The notes: generated by a model from the sequence alone, not told the origin. Positions 8,764-18,482 are shown, counted from the first letter of the stretch. The stretch is DNA of 52,956 nucleotides from Frankiales bacterium (GCA_033851655.1 JAWWOM010000146.1:1-52956), one strand, 5' to 3'. A program made the numbers and translations.

Positions 8764-10257
8764 TTACTCCGGTCGAGCGCCGAGCAGCAGTCGCGTCAGC
8801 TCGTTGCGTTCGTCCAGGAGGCTGTCCAACGCGGCGGACAGGTGCTCGCTGGTCACGGTGAGCGCTCCGGTGCCCTCGGCGTCCTGATCGGCCGCAATCA
8901 GGGCGGCCTTGCGCAGCAGCTCCTTGAGGAACGAGGCCGTGACACCCTCGGTGCGTTCGATCACCAGGTCACTGTCCCGCAGGTCCAGGGTCAGTCCGCC
9001 GCGGTAGAGCTCCAGCAGCCGACGGCGCGCACCGGCGTCCGGCAGCTCGAAGGCCACTGCCTGGTCGACCCGGCCCGGACGGGCGGCCAGCGCCGGCTCG
9101 AGCAGGTCCGCCCGGTTGGTGGTCAGGATGAAGGTGACGTCGACATCCTCTGCCAGACCGTCCATCTCGTTGAGCAGCTGGAACAACATGGGGTGCTGTC
9201 CGGGATGCATCCCCCGGTGCTCGGCAATCAGGTCGACGTCCTCGATGACGATGACGGCTGGTGCGAGCGTTCGGGCGATGGAACAGGCAGCGCCCACCAG
9301 GTGCAGCGCCTCGCCGGTGAGGATCACCACGGTGAGCTCGGGCAGCTTGCTGATCAGGTAACGGACCGTGTGCGTCTTGCCCGTACCGGGCGCCCCGTGG
9401 AGGAGCAGCCCGCGCTTGAGGTGCTGGCCGCTGGCGAGGAGCCGGTCGCGATGGGCCGCGACCCCGATCACCTGTTGCTCGATGGCCCTGAGCACCTCGT
9501 CAGGCAGGATCAGGGCACTGCGATCGAGGGATGCCCGGCGCTCGAAGACGATGGGGGCGTGGTCCGGGCCGAACATCTGGGAACCGAAGGACAGCACCTG
9601 GCCGCGGAAGACGTTGCGTTCCTTGGCGACGTCGCGAATTGCGGCCAGCGATCGCGCCGCATGATCGGTGTCGGTCGCCATGATCTCGATCGACACGTTC
9701 TGTTGCGCACCGCGGCTGTCGCTCCCGCGGAGGAGCACGGCCAGCGGCCCCTCGTCGCTCTGCACCAGATAGAGCGCGCACTGGACGCAGGGATAGGTTC
9801 GGCCGTCCGGCCCGCTCGACTGGTTGGCCATCGCGACACTGCCGACGCCCAGGCCCCCGCCGTAGACCTCCTCGCCGGCGAGGTCGGCAAGGGCGAACTG
9901 CCGGTGCTGGAAGCCGGTGACACCGACCAGCCGGTGCTCGCGCCCGTCCCGCGCGAGCCAGCCCTCCAGGCCGAGCTGCACGTTGACGTGCTCGTACGGG
10001 GCCCAGCTGTCGGCCACCACCGGCAGCGACGTCGCCTCCGGACCGAAGTGTGCGGTCAGCATCGACCGGAGGCTGGGGCGCTCGTCCACCCGCGCTGCCG
10101 CGACGAAGCGCCGGACCAGCCGGCGCCGCATCCGGCCGAGGTCGGCCAGCTCGGGACCGGTCGAGTCGGCGACGGACTGGTCCATGACCACCCGCACGCC
10201 GGCGGGTGCGGCTGGGCCGAAGCTGCTGTACGAGGTCCAACCGTCGTCACGACTCAT
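8764..10257 (-). CDS. AAA+ ATPase (FtsH/proteasome-ATPase-like single AAA module)
   Basis: Walker A HGAPGTGKT, Walker B VIEDVD, LLNEMDG, TTNRADLLEPALAARPGRVD; C-terminal half of the 8764..11889 ORF. Confidence 0.88.
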   Translation of the reverse strand: MSRDDGWTSYSSFGPAAPAGVRVVMDQSVADSTGPELADLGRMRRRLVRRFVAAARVDERPSLRSMLTAHFGPEATSLPVVADSWAPYEHVNVQLGLEGWLARDGREHRLVGVTGFQHRQFALADLAGEEVYGGGLGVGSVAMANQSSGPDGRTYPCVQCALYLVQSDEGPLAVLLRGSDSRGAQQNVSIEIMATDTDHAARSLAAIRDVAKERNVFRGQVLSFGSQMFGPDHAPIVFERRASLDRSALILPDEVLRAIEQQVIGVAAHRDRLLASGQHLKRGLLLHGAPGTGKTHTVRYLISKLPELTVVILTGEALHLVGAACSIARTLAPAVIVIEDVDLIAEHRGMHPGQHPMLFQLLNEMDGLAEDVDVTFILTTNRADLLEPALAARPGRVDQAVAFELPDAGARRRLLELYRGGLTLDLRDSDLVIERTEGVTASFLKELLRKAALIAADQDAEGTGALTVTSEHLSAALDSLLDERNELTRLLLGARPE

Positions 10258-10401
10258 GGTCGGAGCGTTGTCGATGTGGCCGCGCAGCGCAAACGTGATG
10301 GTAACGAACGACTCCCCGGCCACGATCCGGACGAAGCTGACCCTGTTGTCACGTGACTCCTGCGACGATGGGGACTCGGCCGACCCTCGGAGGACCACCG
10401 C

Positions 10402-12042
10402 ATGCCCGTACTGCCGCACCGCCGTCCCAAGTTCCTTGCAGCAGGGCTCGCGGCAGCCGTACTGCTCGGTGTGACCCTCAGCCAGGCCGATCAAGGCCCC
10501 GGCGTCCGGGCGGCAGCGGCCGAGGGCTTCGCCGCCACCACGCCCGTCGACCCGGTGGCCCTGGACGCGTCGCTCAACGCTACGATCGGGCTGGCCCACT
10601 GGCGGCTGCTGGACATGACCCGGAGCCTGGCCCGCGGCCAGTACCCGTACCTCGGCAATGCCGACGGCAGCTGGAGCACGGGAGTGGGCTGGACCGGCGG
10701 CTTCTTCCCCGGCGAGCTCTGGTACTCCGCAGAGCAGAGCGCCGACCCCACCACCTCGGCGATGGCCGCTGCCTGGACGTTGCCGCTCGCGGCGCAGCGG
10801 CTGAACAAGGGCACCCACGACGTGGGCTTCCTGATCATGAGCAGCTTCGGCAACGGCTTCCGGCTGACCGGCAACCCGGCCTACAGCGACGTCGTGGTCC
10901 AGGCGGCGGCCACCCTGGCCACCCGCTACAGCGCCACCGTCGGAGCGACCCGGTCCTGGAACGACCCGACCGACTTCCTGGTGATCATCGACAACATGAT
11001 GAACCTCGAGCTGCTGGACTACGCGGCAGGGCTCAGCGGCGGCAACCCGATCTGGCGGGACATGGCGCTGTCCCACTCGCTGACCACCGCCAGGACGCTC
11101 GTCCGCAGTGACGGCAGCGTCCTGCAGGAGGCAGCGTTCGACCCCACCACCGGCGCGCTGCGCCGGGCCACCAACTCCGCGGTGAACCTCAAGGACAGCG
11201 ACGTCTGGGCGCGAGGTGAGGCGTGGGCGCTGGACGGGTTCGCGACCCAGTACCGCTACCTGCGTGACCCTCGGCTGCTGGACACGGCGCGCAGCGTCGC
11301 CGACTACTTCCTCGCCCACCTGCCGGCCGACTCCATCCCGCACTGGAACCTCTCCGACGCCAGCGAGTCGACGGTCCAGGACAGCTCCGCCGCGGCGATC
11401 GCTGCCTCGGGGCTCTCGACGCTGGCCTGGGCCGACCCCGACCCGGCGCACCAGGCGACCTACCGGGCCGGAGCCGCGCGGCTGCTCGCGGCGCTGACCT
11501 CGCCGGCCAACCTCGACACCACGGTCACCGGCGCCGGCCTGCTCAAGCACGCGTCCCAGCTGTGGAACGGGCCCGCGTCGGACACCTCGGTCGTGTACGC
11601 CGACTACTACCTGCTCGAGGCGGTCGAGCGGTTCCGGCTGCTGCCCTCGACGCTGGCCGCGATCCCGGTTGTCGGCATCACCGCGAGCAGCTCCAAGCAG
11701 GGCACCCCTCCCGCAGCGGCCCTCGACGGCTCGCAGGCCACCGGCTGGAGCGCACAGGGCACCGGTCAGTGGATCCGGGCGGACCTCGGCCCCGGCGCTC
11801 CGCAGGTCAGCGAGGCGTCCGTCAGCTGGAACTCCGGCACCACCCGCAGCCAGCGGTTCGTGGTGGAGACCTCGCTGGACGGCCTGCACTGGAGTCCCGC
11901 CTACGCCGGTGCCAGCTCCGGCCTGACCAGCGGCCCCGAGCGGTACGGGTTCCGGCCGCGTCCGGCGCGCTACGTCCGGGTCCGCGGGCTGGGCAACAGC
12001 CTCAACACCTGGAACGGGGTCGCAGAGCTCTCCGTCCGCTGA
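10402..12042 (+). CDS. Secreted GH88 unsaturated glucuronyl hydrolase with C-terminal F5/8 type C (CBM32) domain
   Basis: Signal peptide; WTGGFFPGELW, THDVGF, IIDNMMNLELL, WARGEAW, DSSAAAIAASGL, YADYYLLEA; discoidin-like LDG..TGWSA...QWIRADLG...ARYVRV. Confidence 0.85.
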   Translation: MPVLPHRRPKFLAAGLAAAVLLGVTLSQADQGPGVRAAAAEGFAATTPVDPVALDASLNATIGLAHWRLLDMTRSLARGQYPYLGNADGSWSTGVGWTGGFFPGELWYSAEQSADPTTSAMAAAWTLPLAAQRLNKGTHDVGFLIMSSFGNGFRLTGNPAYSDVVVQAAATLATRYSATVGATRSWNDPTDFLVIIDNMMNLELLDYAAGLSGGNPIWRDMALSHSLTTARTLVRSDGSVLQEAAFDPTTGALRRATNSAVNLKDSDVWARGEAWALDGFATQYRYLRDPRLLDTARSVADYFLAHLPADSIPHWNLSDASESTVQDSSAAAIAASGLSTLAWADPDPAHQATYRAGAARLLAALTSPANLDTTVTGAGLLKHASQLWNGPASDTSVVYADYYLLEAVERFRLLPSTLAAIPVVGITASSSKQGTPPAAALDGSQATGWSAQGTGQWIRADLGPGAPQVSEASVSWNSGTTRSQRFVVETSLDGLHWSPAYAGASSGLTSGPERYGFRPRPARYVRVRGLGNSLNTWNGVAELSVR

Positions 12043-12081
12043 TCTCGCGGCCGCGTCGCTCCGGATGAGACCATGGCGGGC

Positions 12082-12612
12082 ATGCGGATCTACCTGGCTT
12101 CGACGTTGCCCATGCTGGCCAGGGCGAGGGCACAGCGGCAGCTCACCGACGGCCCGGCCACCGGCTTCGCCGTGACGCCGGCGCTGCGCGAGTGGTACGC
12201 CGAAGGCGACCTGGAGGAGCTGGAGTACGCGGCCATGGGGGCCGCCGCCCGCGAGTCGCTCGGGCTGCTGGCGGCCGACCCCTCAGCCCTGCGCAGGCGG
12301 GTCGTGCTCGCCGTCGATGTCCCGGACGGGGCGGTCGCCCAGCGCCAGGACGACCAGCGGGCCAAGCTGTCGGTGCTCGGCCCCGTGCCGTGGTCGGCGC
12401 TGGCCTCCGTCCACGTCGACGGTTTCGAGGCGGAGCCGGCGGTCGCGGCGGCGGCGGAGGCCGTACAGGCTGCTGCCGAGGGGGACGAGGACGCCCAGTT
12501 CACGGTGGACTCCGCCGAGGACGAATCCCTGCTCTGGTACGCGGCCCAGGAGGCCGATGATCTTCTCGCGGGAGCCGCCGGAAACCTCGGTGACCAGGGT
12601 GCCGCAACCTAG
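12082..12612 (+). CDS. Conserved actinobacterial hypothetical protein (DUF6912-like)
   Basis: MRIYL, FAVTPALREWY..D.EELEYAA, RRVVLAVDVPD, SVHVD, LLWYAAQE. Confidence 0.75.
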   Translation: MRIYLASTLPMLARARAQRQLTDGPATGFAVTPALREWYAEGDLEELEYAAMGAAARESLGLLAADPSALRRRVVLAVDVPDGAVAQRQDDQRAKLSVLGPVPWSALASVHVDGFEAEPAVAAAAEAVQAAAEGDEDAQFTVDSAEDESLLWYAAQEADDLLAGAAGNLGDQGAAT

Positions 12613-12698
12613 GCAGGCCCATGCGTAACAATGGAAAGGGCGGGGAGGATGATGGTTAACGTGGATGTATTCGAGGCAGTCGTTCCAGGGGGACGTTG

Positions 12699-13661
12699 AT
12701 GGCCGCTCCATCGTTGGTGACCCGATCGGTCAACAAGGGCAAGTACGTCATCCAGCACAAGGTGCTGCTGGGAGTCGAGCCGGTGTGGAGGTACGTCCTC
12801 AACGCCGGGCCCACGCGTGACCACCGCAAGCGCTCCAACGGGCTCAGCCCGGAGGCCGCCCGGGTCCTGCGCGACCTCAACCGCGACGGTTGCGCGCAGT
12901 CCTCGCTGGAGGCACTGACCGGCGACCCGACCCTGCTCGGCCGGCTCCAGGAGGAGGCCAAGGCGCTCGAGGCGGCGCGTGCCGACGAGGTGGCCGCCAA
13001 GGCCAAGGCGCTGCAGGAGATCCACGACCTCGGCGACGGCAACACCAAGCCCTACCTGGTCCAGTATCTCGACGCCAACCGTCCGGTCGTCGACCCGCGC
13101 GGACTGCTCGCCGCGACTGCGCTCGAGGCCAACATCAAGGCGGTCGCCGACGCCTACTACGGCATGCGCACCCGGGTGGCGGACCTCAACGTCTGGCGCA
13201 ACCTGCCCAGCAACCACGCGCCGGTCGCCTCCCAGCTGTGGCACCGCGACCAGCCCGACGACCACCTGGTGCTCAAGATGTTCGTCTACCTCGAGGACGT
13301 CATCGAGGGCGCCGGACCGCTCTCCTACGTCAAGGGCACCCACGGCAAGGGCGACCGCAAGTGGAAGCCGCACGGCACCGTGCACGACGGCCACAACATG
13401 CGGGCCCACGACGACGACATGGACCGCGAGGTCCCAGAGCCACGCCGTCCGCGGTTCACCGGGCCGGCCGGGACGGTGATCCTGGCGGACACCATCGGCT
13501 GGCACAAGGGCGGCCAGGCCACGACCACCCCGCGGCTGCTGATCCAGGTCCTCTACGCGTCACGCGGGGCGACCGACTACCGGATGCTCGGGGCACCGGC
13601 CGGGCTCGACCTGTCCTCGGTGACCCCGGACCTGGCGTTCGACAAGAACACGCTCAGCTGA
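12699..13661 (+). CDS. PhyH-like Fe(II)/2-oxoglutarate dioxygenase
   Basis: WHRD facial-triad start, LKMFVYLEDV..GAGPLSYVKGTH, G.AGTVILADT.GWHKG, downstream Arg. Confidence 0.75.
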   Translation: MAAPSLVTRSVNKGKYVIQHKVLLGVEPVWRYVLNAGPTRDHRKRSNGLSPEAARVLRDLNRDGCAQSSLEALTGDPTLLGRLQEEAKALEAARADEVAAKAKALQEIHDLGDGNTKPYLVQYLDANRPVVDPRGLLAATALEANIKAVADAYYGMRTRVADLNVWRNLPSNHAPVASQLWHRDQPDDHLVLKMFVYLEDVIEGAGPLSYVKGTHGKGDRKWKPHGTVHDGHNMRAHDDDMDREVPEPRRPRFTGPAGTVILADTIGWHKGGQATTTPRLLIQVLYASRGATDYRMLGAPAGLDLSSVTPDLAFDKNTLS

Positions 13662-13691
13662 CCGTACGGGGACCGGCCTAGCATTGGCAGC

Positions 13692-15317
13692 ATGCAGTCA
13701 GTGAGCATGGTCCCCGACCCGCGCAACGAGCCGGCGCATGACTACGCACCGGGCTCGCCGCAGCGCGCGTCGCTGCACGCCGAGCTGGCCGAGATGGCAT
13801 CCGAGGCGATCGACCTGACGATGACGGTCGGCGGCGTCCAGCGCCTGGGCGCCGGTGAGCCGATCCAGGTGGTCCAGCCGCATGCCCGGCACGAGGTGCT
13901 CGGGACGATGCGCGGCGCCACGCACGCCGACGCCGCCGACGCGATCGCCGCCGCTCTCGCCGCCGCGCCCGGCTGGGCTGCGACGTCGTACGAGGACCGG
14001 GCGGCGATCCTGCTCAAGGCCGCCGACCTGCTGGCCGGCCCGTGGCGCAACCGGCTGAACGCCGCCACCATGCTGGGCCAGTCCAAGACTCCCTACCAGG
14101 CGGAGATCGACGCGGCCTGCGAGCTGATCGACTTCCTGCGGTTCAACGTGGCGTTCGGCCGCCGGCTGCTCGAGGAGCAGCCGGCGAGCAGCCCCGGAGT
14201 CTGGAACCGGATGGACCACCGCCCGCTCGAGGGCTTCGTCTATGCGATCACGCCGTTCAACTTCACCGCCATCGCCGGCAACCTGCCGCTCGCGCCGGCG
14301 CTGATGGGCAATGTCGTGCTGTGGAAGCCGTCCCCGACCCAGCAGCTGGCCGCCCACTACACGATGCGGTTGCTCGAGGAGGCGGGGCTGCCCCCGGGAG
14401 TGCTCAACCTGGTCACCGGTGACGGCATCGCGGTCTCCGAGGTGGCGCTCGCCCACCGCGAGCTCGCCGGCATCCACTTCACCGGGTCGACGCGGGTGTT
14501 CCAGCAGCTGTGGCGCGGCGTGGCCGACAACCTGGCCTCGTACCGCAGCTATCCGCGGCTGGTCGGCGAGACCGGTGGCAAGGACTTCGTGCTCGCCCAC
14601 CCGTCCGCCGACGTGTCAGTGCTGCGGACCGCGCTGGTCCGGGGCGCGTTCGAGTACCAAGGCCAGAAGTGCTCCGCGGCCTCCCGCGCCTACCTGCCGC
14701 GGTCGCTGTGGCGGCGGATGGGCGACGACCTGATCGCCGAGACCGACTCACTGTCGATGGGCGACGTACGGGACTTCTCGCACTTCCTCGGCGCCGTGAT
14801 CGACGAGCGGGCCTTCGGCCGGCTGACCGAGGTCCAGAAGCGCGCGGTCAGCGACCCGGCGCTGGAGGTGGTCGCCGGTGGGTCGAGCGACGACCGGGAG
14901 GGCTGGTTCGTCCGGCCGACCATCGTGACCACCACCGACCCGCTGCACGAGGTGATGACCACCGAGTTCTTCGGCCCGCTGCTCAGCGTCCTGGTCTACG
15001 ACGACGCCGACTACGACGCCGTCGTGCGCCAGGCCGCCGACGCGGCGCCCTATGCGCTGACCGGGTCGGTGATCTCCCAGGACCGGGCAGCCATCACGGC
15101 GGCGAGTGAGGTCCTGCGCAACTCGGCCGGCAACTTCTACGTCAACGACAAGCCGACCGGGGCCGTCGTCGGGCAGCAGCCGTTCGGCGGCGCTCGGGCC
15201 AGTGGCACGAACGACAAGGCCGGCAGCTATCTCAACCTGGTCCGCTGGGTGTCCCCCCGGGTGATCAAGGAGACGTTCGACCCGCCGACCAGCTACCGCT
15301 ACCCCCACATGGGGTGA
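13692..15317 (+). CDS. pruA: L-glutamate gamma-semialdehyde (P5C) dehydrogenase
   Basis: TMLGQSKT.YQAEIDAACELIDF, PFNFTAI, FTGST, GETGGKDF, FEYQGQKCSA, FGGARASGTNDKAG; TAGCAT box 7 nt before the ATG. Confidence 0.95.
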   Translation: MQSVSMVPDPRNEPAHDYAPGSPQRASLHAELAEMASEAIDLTMTVGGVQRLGAGEPIQVVQPHARHEVLGTMRGATHADAADAIAAALAAAPGWAATSYEDRAAILLKAADLLAGPWRNRLNAATMLGQSKTPYQAEIDAACELIDFLRFNVAFGRRLLEEQPASSPGVWNRMDHRPLEGFVYAITPFNFTAIAGNLPLAPALMGNVVLWKPSPTQQLAAHYTMRLLEEAGLPPGVLNLVTGDGIAVSEVALAHRELAGIHFTGSTRVFQQLWRGVADNLASYRSYPRLVGETGGKDFVLAHPSADVSVLRTALVRGAFEYQGQKCSAASRAYLPRSLWRRMGDDLIAETDSLSMGDVRDFSHFLGAVIDERAFGRLTEVQKRAVSDPALEVVAGGSSDDREGWFVRPTIVTTTDPLHEVMTTEFFGPLLSVLVYDDADYDAVVRQAADAAPYALTGSVISQDRAAITAASEVLRNSAGNFYVNDKPTGAVVGQQPFGGARASGTNDKAGSYLNLVRWVSPRVIKETFDPPTSYRYPHMG

Positions 15318-15331
15318 CGGTTCACCGCTAG

Positions 15332-15358
15332 GTTTCGGCTTGGCGATCATGTGGGTAC
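15332..15358 (+). promoter_or_regulatory. SigB/SigF-type promoter
   Basis: GTTT-N17-GGGTAC, ATG 15369 10 nt downstream. Confidence 0.7.
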
Positions 15359-15368
15359 GTCGGCCGGC

Positions 15369-15812
15369 ATGCTCAGGCGGCCCGGGCGCATCGGCGCCAC
15401 CGTGCTTGTCGTCATCCTCGCCGGGGGGTGCGCCGGCTCGTCGCGCACCGACGACGACTACCGGCACAAGGTCGCCAACACGGCGGAGACCCTCGACGGG
15501 GTCCTCGGGACCGTGCAGGTGGCGCTCAAGGTCAGCAGCCGGGCGCCGGCTGCCTATCTCTCGGTGACCTTCGCCGACGCGGACGACGACGCGTCCGCCA
15601 CGGCCGGCAACTTCGACGCGATCCAGCCGCCCAGCGCGGCGGCGGACCAGCTGCGCGGCCGGCTCGACGCCGTGATGCAGGACACGGTCTCGATGCTCGA
15701 CGACCTGCGGGTCGCAGCCCGGCGCAACCGCGGGACCGAGCTGGCCGGACTGGCCACGCCGCTACCCCGGCTGCAGGCCAGGCTGCAGCAGCTCGAGGGC
15801 GTGGCCGGGTGA
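15369..15812 (+). CDS. Hypothetical lipoprotein
   Basis: Basic N-terminus, hydrophobic stretch, lipobox-like LAGGC; GTGA overlap with the next gene. Confidence 0.7.
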   Translation: MLRRPGRIGATVLVVILAGGCAGSSRTDDDYRHKVANTAETLDGVLGTVQVALKVSSRAPAAYLSVTFADADDDASATAGNFDAIQPPSAAADQLRGRLDAVMQDTVSMLDDLRVAARRNRGTELAGLATPLPRLQARLQQLEGVAG

Positions 15813-17041
15813 AGAAGCTCCTGCAGGTCGCGCTGGGCGTCCTCACCGCCATCGGCGGCTTCGTCGACATCGGTGACTTCGTCACCAGCAGCGTCGTCGG
15901 TGCCCGCTTCGGGATGGGTTTGGCCTGGGTTCTCGTCGTCGGCACGGTCGGCATCATCGTCTACGCCGAGATGTGCGGCCGGGTCGCGGCCCTGACGAAG
16001 CGCGCGGTCTTCGACGTCGTACGGGAGCGGCTCGGGGTCCGGTTCGCCCTGGTCAACCTGTCGGCCTCGTACTTCATCAACCTGCTGACGCTGACCGCGG
16101 AGCTGGCCGGTGTGGCCATCGCGATCCAGCTCGCGACCAGCGTCAACTACCTGCTGTGGATCCCGCTGGTCGGACTGGTGCTCTGGCTCGTGGTCTGGAA
16201 GCTGCCGTTCGAGGTGATGGAGAACTCGTTCGGCCTGCTCGGACTGGCCCTGCTGGTGTTCGTCATCTCGCTGTGGAAGCTCGGTCCGGACTGGTCGGCG
16301 ATGCTGGACCATGCCGTCCATCCGGCGGTGCCGTCGGGCGAGGGGCGCCCGACCTGGTGGTACTACGGCATCGCGTTGTTCGGCTCGGCGATGACGCCGT
16401 ACGAGGTGTTCTTCTTCTCCTCCGGCGCGGTCGAGGAGCGGTGGGGACGACAGGACCTGATGACCAACCGGCTCAACGTCTTCATCGGATTCCCGCTGGG
16501 TGCGGTGATCTCGCTGTCCATCATGGCCTGCTCGGCGCTGGTTCTCGGGCCGTTGCACGTGCAGGTCAGCCACGTCAGCCAGGTCGGCCTTCCGGTCGCG
16601 CTGGCGGTCGGCAAGCTGGGGATCGCCGCGATGCTGGTCGGGTTCTTCGCGGCGACCTTCGGTGCTTCGCTGGAGACCCTGCTCTCCGCGGGCTACGTCT
16701 TCGCGCAGTACTTCGGTTGGCCCTGGGGCAAAGCAGCGCCCCGCCCGCGTGAAGCCTCGCGGTTCCAGACCCTGCTGCTGCTCACCTTGTTCGCCGCCAT
16801 GGCGCTCGCGCTGACGACCCTCGACCCGGTCAAGGTCACGGAGTACTCCGTGGTCCTGTCTGCGGCCGCGCTGCCGCTGACCTACTTCCCGATCCTGGTC
16901 ATCGCCAACGACCGCGGGTACATGGGTGACCAGGCGAACGGCTGGTTCTCGAACACGATCGCCACGGTCTACCTGATCATCATCGGCGTGGTGGCCCTGG
17001 TGACGCTCCCGCTCATGCTGGCGACCAAGGCAGGGATGTAG
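15809..17041 (+). CDS. NRAMP-family (divergent) divalent metal transporter
   Basis: Polytopic membrane protein; GGFVDIGD...VGARFG, YAEMCGRVAA, LTAELAGVA, ANDRGYMGD.ANG. Confidence 0.85.
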   Translation: MKKLLQVALGVLTAIGGFVDIGDFVTSSVVGARFGMGLAWVLVVGTVGIIVYAEMCGRVAALTKRAVFDVVRERLGVRFALVNLSASYFINLLTLTAELAGVAIAIQLATSVNYLLWIPLVGLVLWLVVWKLPFEVMENSFGLLGLALLVFVISLWKLGPDWSAMLDHAVHPAVPSGEGRPTWWYYGIALFGSAMTPYEVFFFSSGAVEERWGRQDLMTNRLNVFIGFPLGAVISLSIMACSALVLGPLHVQVSHVSQVGLPVALAVGKLGIAAMLVGFFAATFGASLETLLSAGYVFAQYFGWPWGKAAPRPREASRFQTLLLLTLFAAMALALTTLDPVKVTEYSVVLSAAALPLTYFPILVIANDRGYMGDQANGWFSNTIATVYLIIIGVVALVTLPLMLATKAGM

Positions 17042-17416
17042 ATGGCCGACAACGTGCTGTACGCCGGACGGCAGCTGCTGGACCGGCAGATCGCAACCGT
17101 CGAGGGCCGTTCGGTCGGCAAGGTCGACGACCTCGAGATCGACGTCGACCACCCTGGCGGCCCGGTCGTGTCGGCCCTGCTGACCGGTCAGATCGCCCTG
17201 GGGGCAAGGTTTTTTGGTCGCATGTCGGTCTGGGTGACCTCGACGGCCCAGCGGCTGCGAGAAACGGGAGACACCTCCCCCCGGCGCATCGACGTCCGGC
17301 TGGTGTCATCGGTCGCCGCGACGGTGACGTTGCGCGTGCCGCACGGCGACCTCGAGCCGGCTGACCTCGAACGCTGGCTGGCCGAGCACTTCATCGGCCG
17401 GATCCCGGGGGCATGA
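17042..17416 (+). CDS. PRC-barrel-like protein
   Basis: LLDRQI...GRSVGKVDDLEI. Confidence 0.7.
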   Translation: MADNVLYAGRQLLDRQIATVEGRSVGKVDDLEIDVDHPGGPVVSALLTGQIALGARFFGRMSVWVTSTAQRLRETGDTSPRRIDVRLVSSVAATVTLRVPHGDLEPADLERWLAEHFIGRIPGA

Positions 17417-17754
17417 CGATGCGAATCACCGATCTGGTCGGCAAACCGGTCGTTGACGCCGAAGGGGGCAGCCTGGGCAAGGTGCACGACGTCCGGCTGG
17501 TGCGGCAGGCTCCGTACGGCGAGTCGGGCGCACTGCGGGTCGACGGCATCATCGCCGGCAAGGGCGGGATCGCCGTACGGCTGGGTTACGCCTCTGCCGA
17601 CCTCACCGGTCCCTGGCTGCTGAAGGTGGTGCTCGGACGGATGTCCCGGCATGCACTCTTCGTGCCGTGGTCGGCCTTTTCGATCGAGCACGATCGGTTG
17701 GTCGTGCATGCGGGCCGGGCCTCGCTGCGGCACCCGAGGGAGCTGACGTCATGA
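17413..17754 (+). CDS. PRC-barrel protein
   Basis: MRITDLVGKPVVDAEGGSLGKVHDV, FVPWS; ATGA overlap. Confidence 0.8.
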   Translation: MTMRITDLVGKPVVDAEGGSLGKVHDVRLVRQAPYGESGALRVDGIIAGKGGIAVRLGYASADLTGPWLLKVVLGRMSRHALFVPWSAFSIEHDRLVVHAGRASLRHPRELTS

Positions 17755-17858
17755 ACAACCAGGGACTGGTGTTGCTGGCAGCCTGGGCCGGCTGGTCCGC
17801 CTTGCTCGCAGCCCTGCTGCTCGTCGTGCTGCGCCGAGGAGCCCGACCCGGCGGGTAG
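17751..17858 (+). CDS. 35-aa single-TM small protein
   Basis: ATGA overlap with the previous stop, GAGGGAG RBS, hydrophobic helix followed by RR; stop abuts the convergent gene. Confidence 0.55.
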   Translation: MNNQGLVLLAAWAGWSALLAALLLVVLRRGARPGG

Positions 17859-18482
17859 TCAGACCAGACCGGTGCGTGCTGCGACCGAGCTGCCCGCGCC
17901 ATCAGCCAGGGGTCGCACCCAGACGTCGAGGAGGAAGTCGTCCTCGGCGTGACCCGCCAGGCGGGCCAGCCCTCCGGCGATGGCCGCCTGCGTCAGCCGC
18001 GCATGCACCTCGTCGCAGGTCTGCGGGTGATCCACGGCGGGGTGCCGCCAGTGCACGGCGACCAGCGTGCCGCCCGGGTTGACGGCGGCGATGGCCGAGT
18101 CGACGACCAGCCCGAGGTCGTCAGCTGCGAAGTAGTAGAGCAGCTCCGACAGCACCACCAGGTCGAAGGTGCGGTCCGGCCACTGCTCCGGCAGCCGGCG
18201 CTGCTCGACGGTGACGTGGGCGTGTCCGGACAGTCTCCTGGCCGCCCGCTGCACGGCTGCGGCCGAACCGTCGCTGGCCAGCAGGTCGTCGGACCGGCCG
18301 GCCAGCAAGCCGCTGAGCACGCCGATCGAGCAGCCAGGCTCGTACGCGGTGGCGTAGCGCTCCTCGGGCAGGCTGGCGAGGGTGAGGGCGTACTTGCGTT
18401 GCTCGTACCAGCGGTCGGCGAAGCCCCACGGATCCTCGGCCGCCGCGTACAAGGCGTCGAAGTAGTCCGGCGTCAGCGTCAT
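17859..18482 (-). CDS. NodS-like SAM-dependent methyltransferase
   Basis: YFDALY...DPWGF..RWYEQRKY, EPGCSIGVL, FDLVVLSELLYY, VHWRH. Confidence 0.92.
   Translation of the reverse strand: MTLTPDYFDALYAAAEDPWGFADRWYEQRKYALTLASLPEERYATAYEPGCSIGVLSGLLAGRSDDLLASDGSAAAVQRAARRLSGHAHVTVEQRRLPEQWPDRTFDLVVLSELLYYFAADDLGLVVDSAIAAVNPGGTLVAVHWRHPAVDHPQTCDEVHARLTQAAIAGGLARLAGHAEDDFLLDVWVRPLADGAGSSVAARTGLV

Noticed and set aside
10258-11889. Apparent 1041-aa AAA ATPase with long N-terminal extension
   Set aside because: The extension is antisense to the well-supported GH88 gene; real start about 10257.
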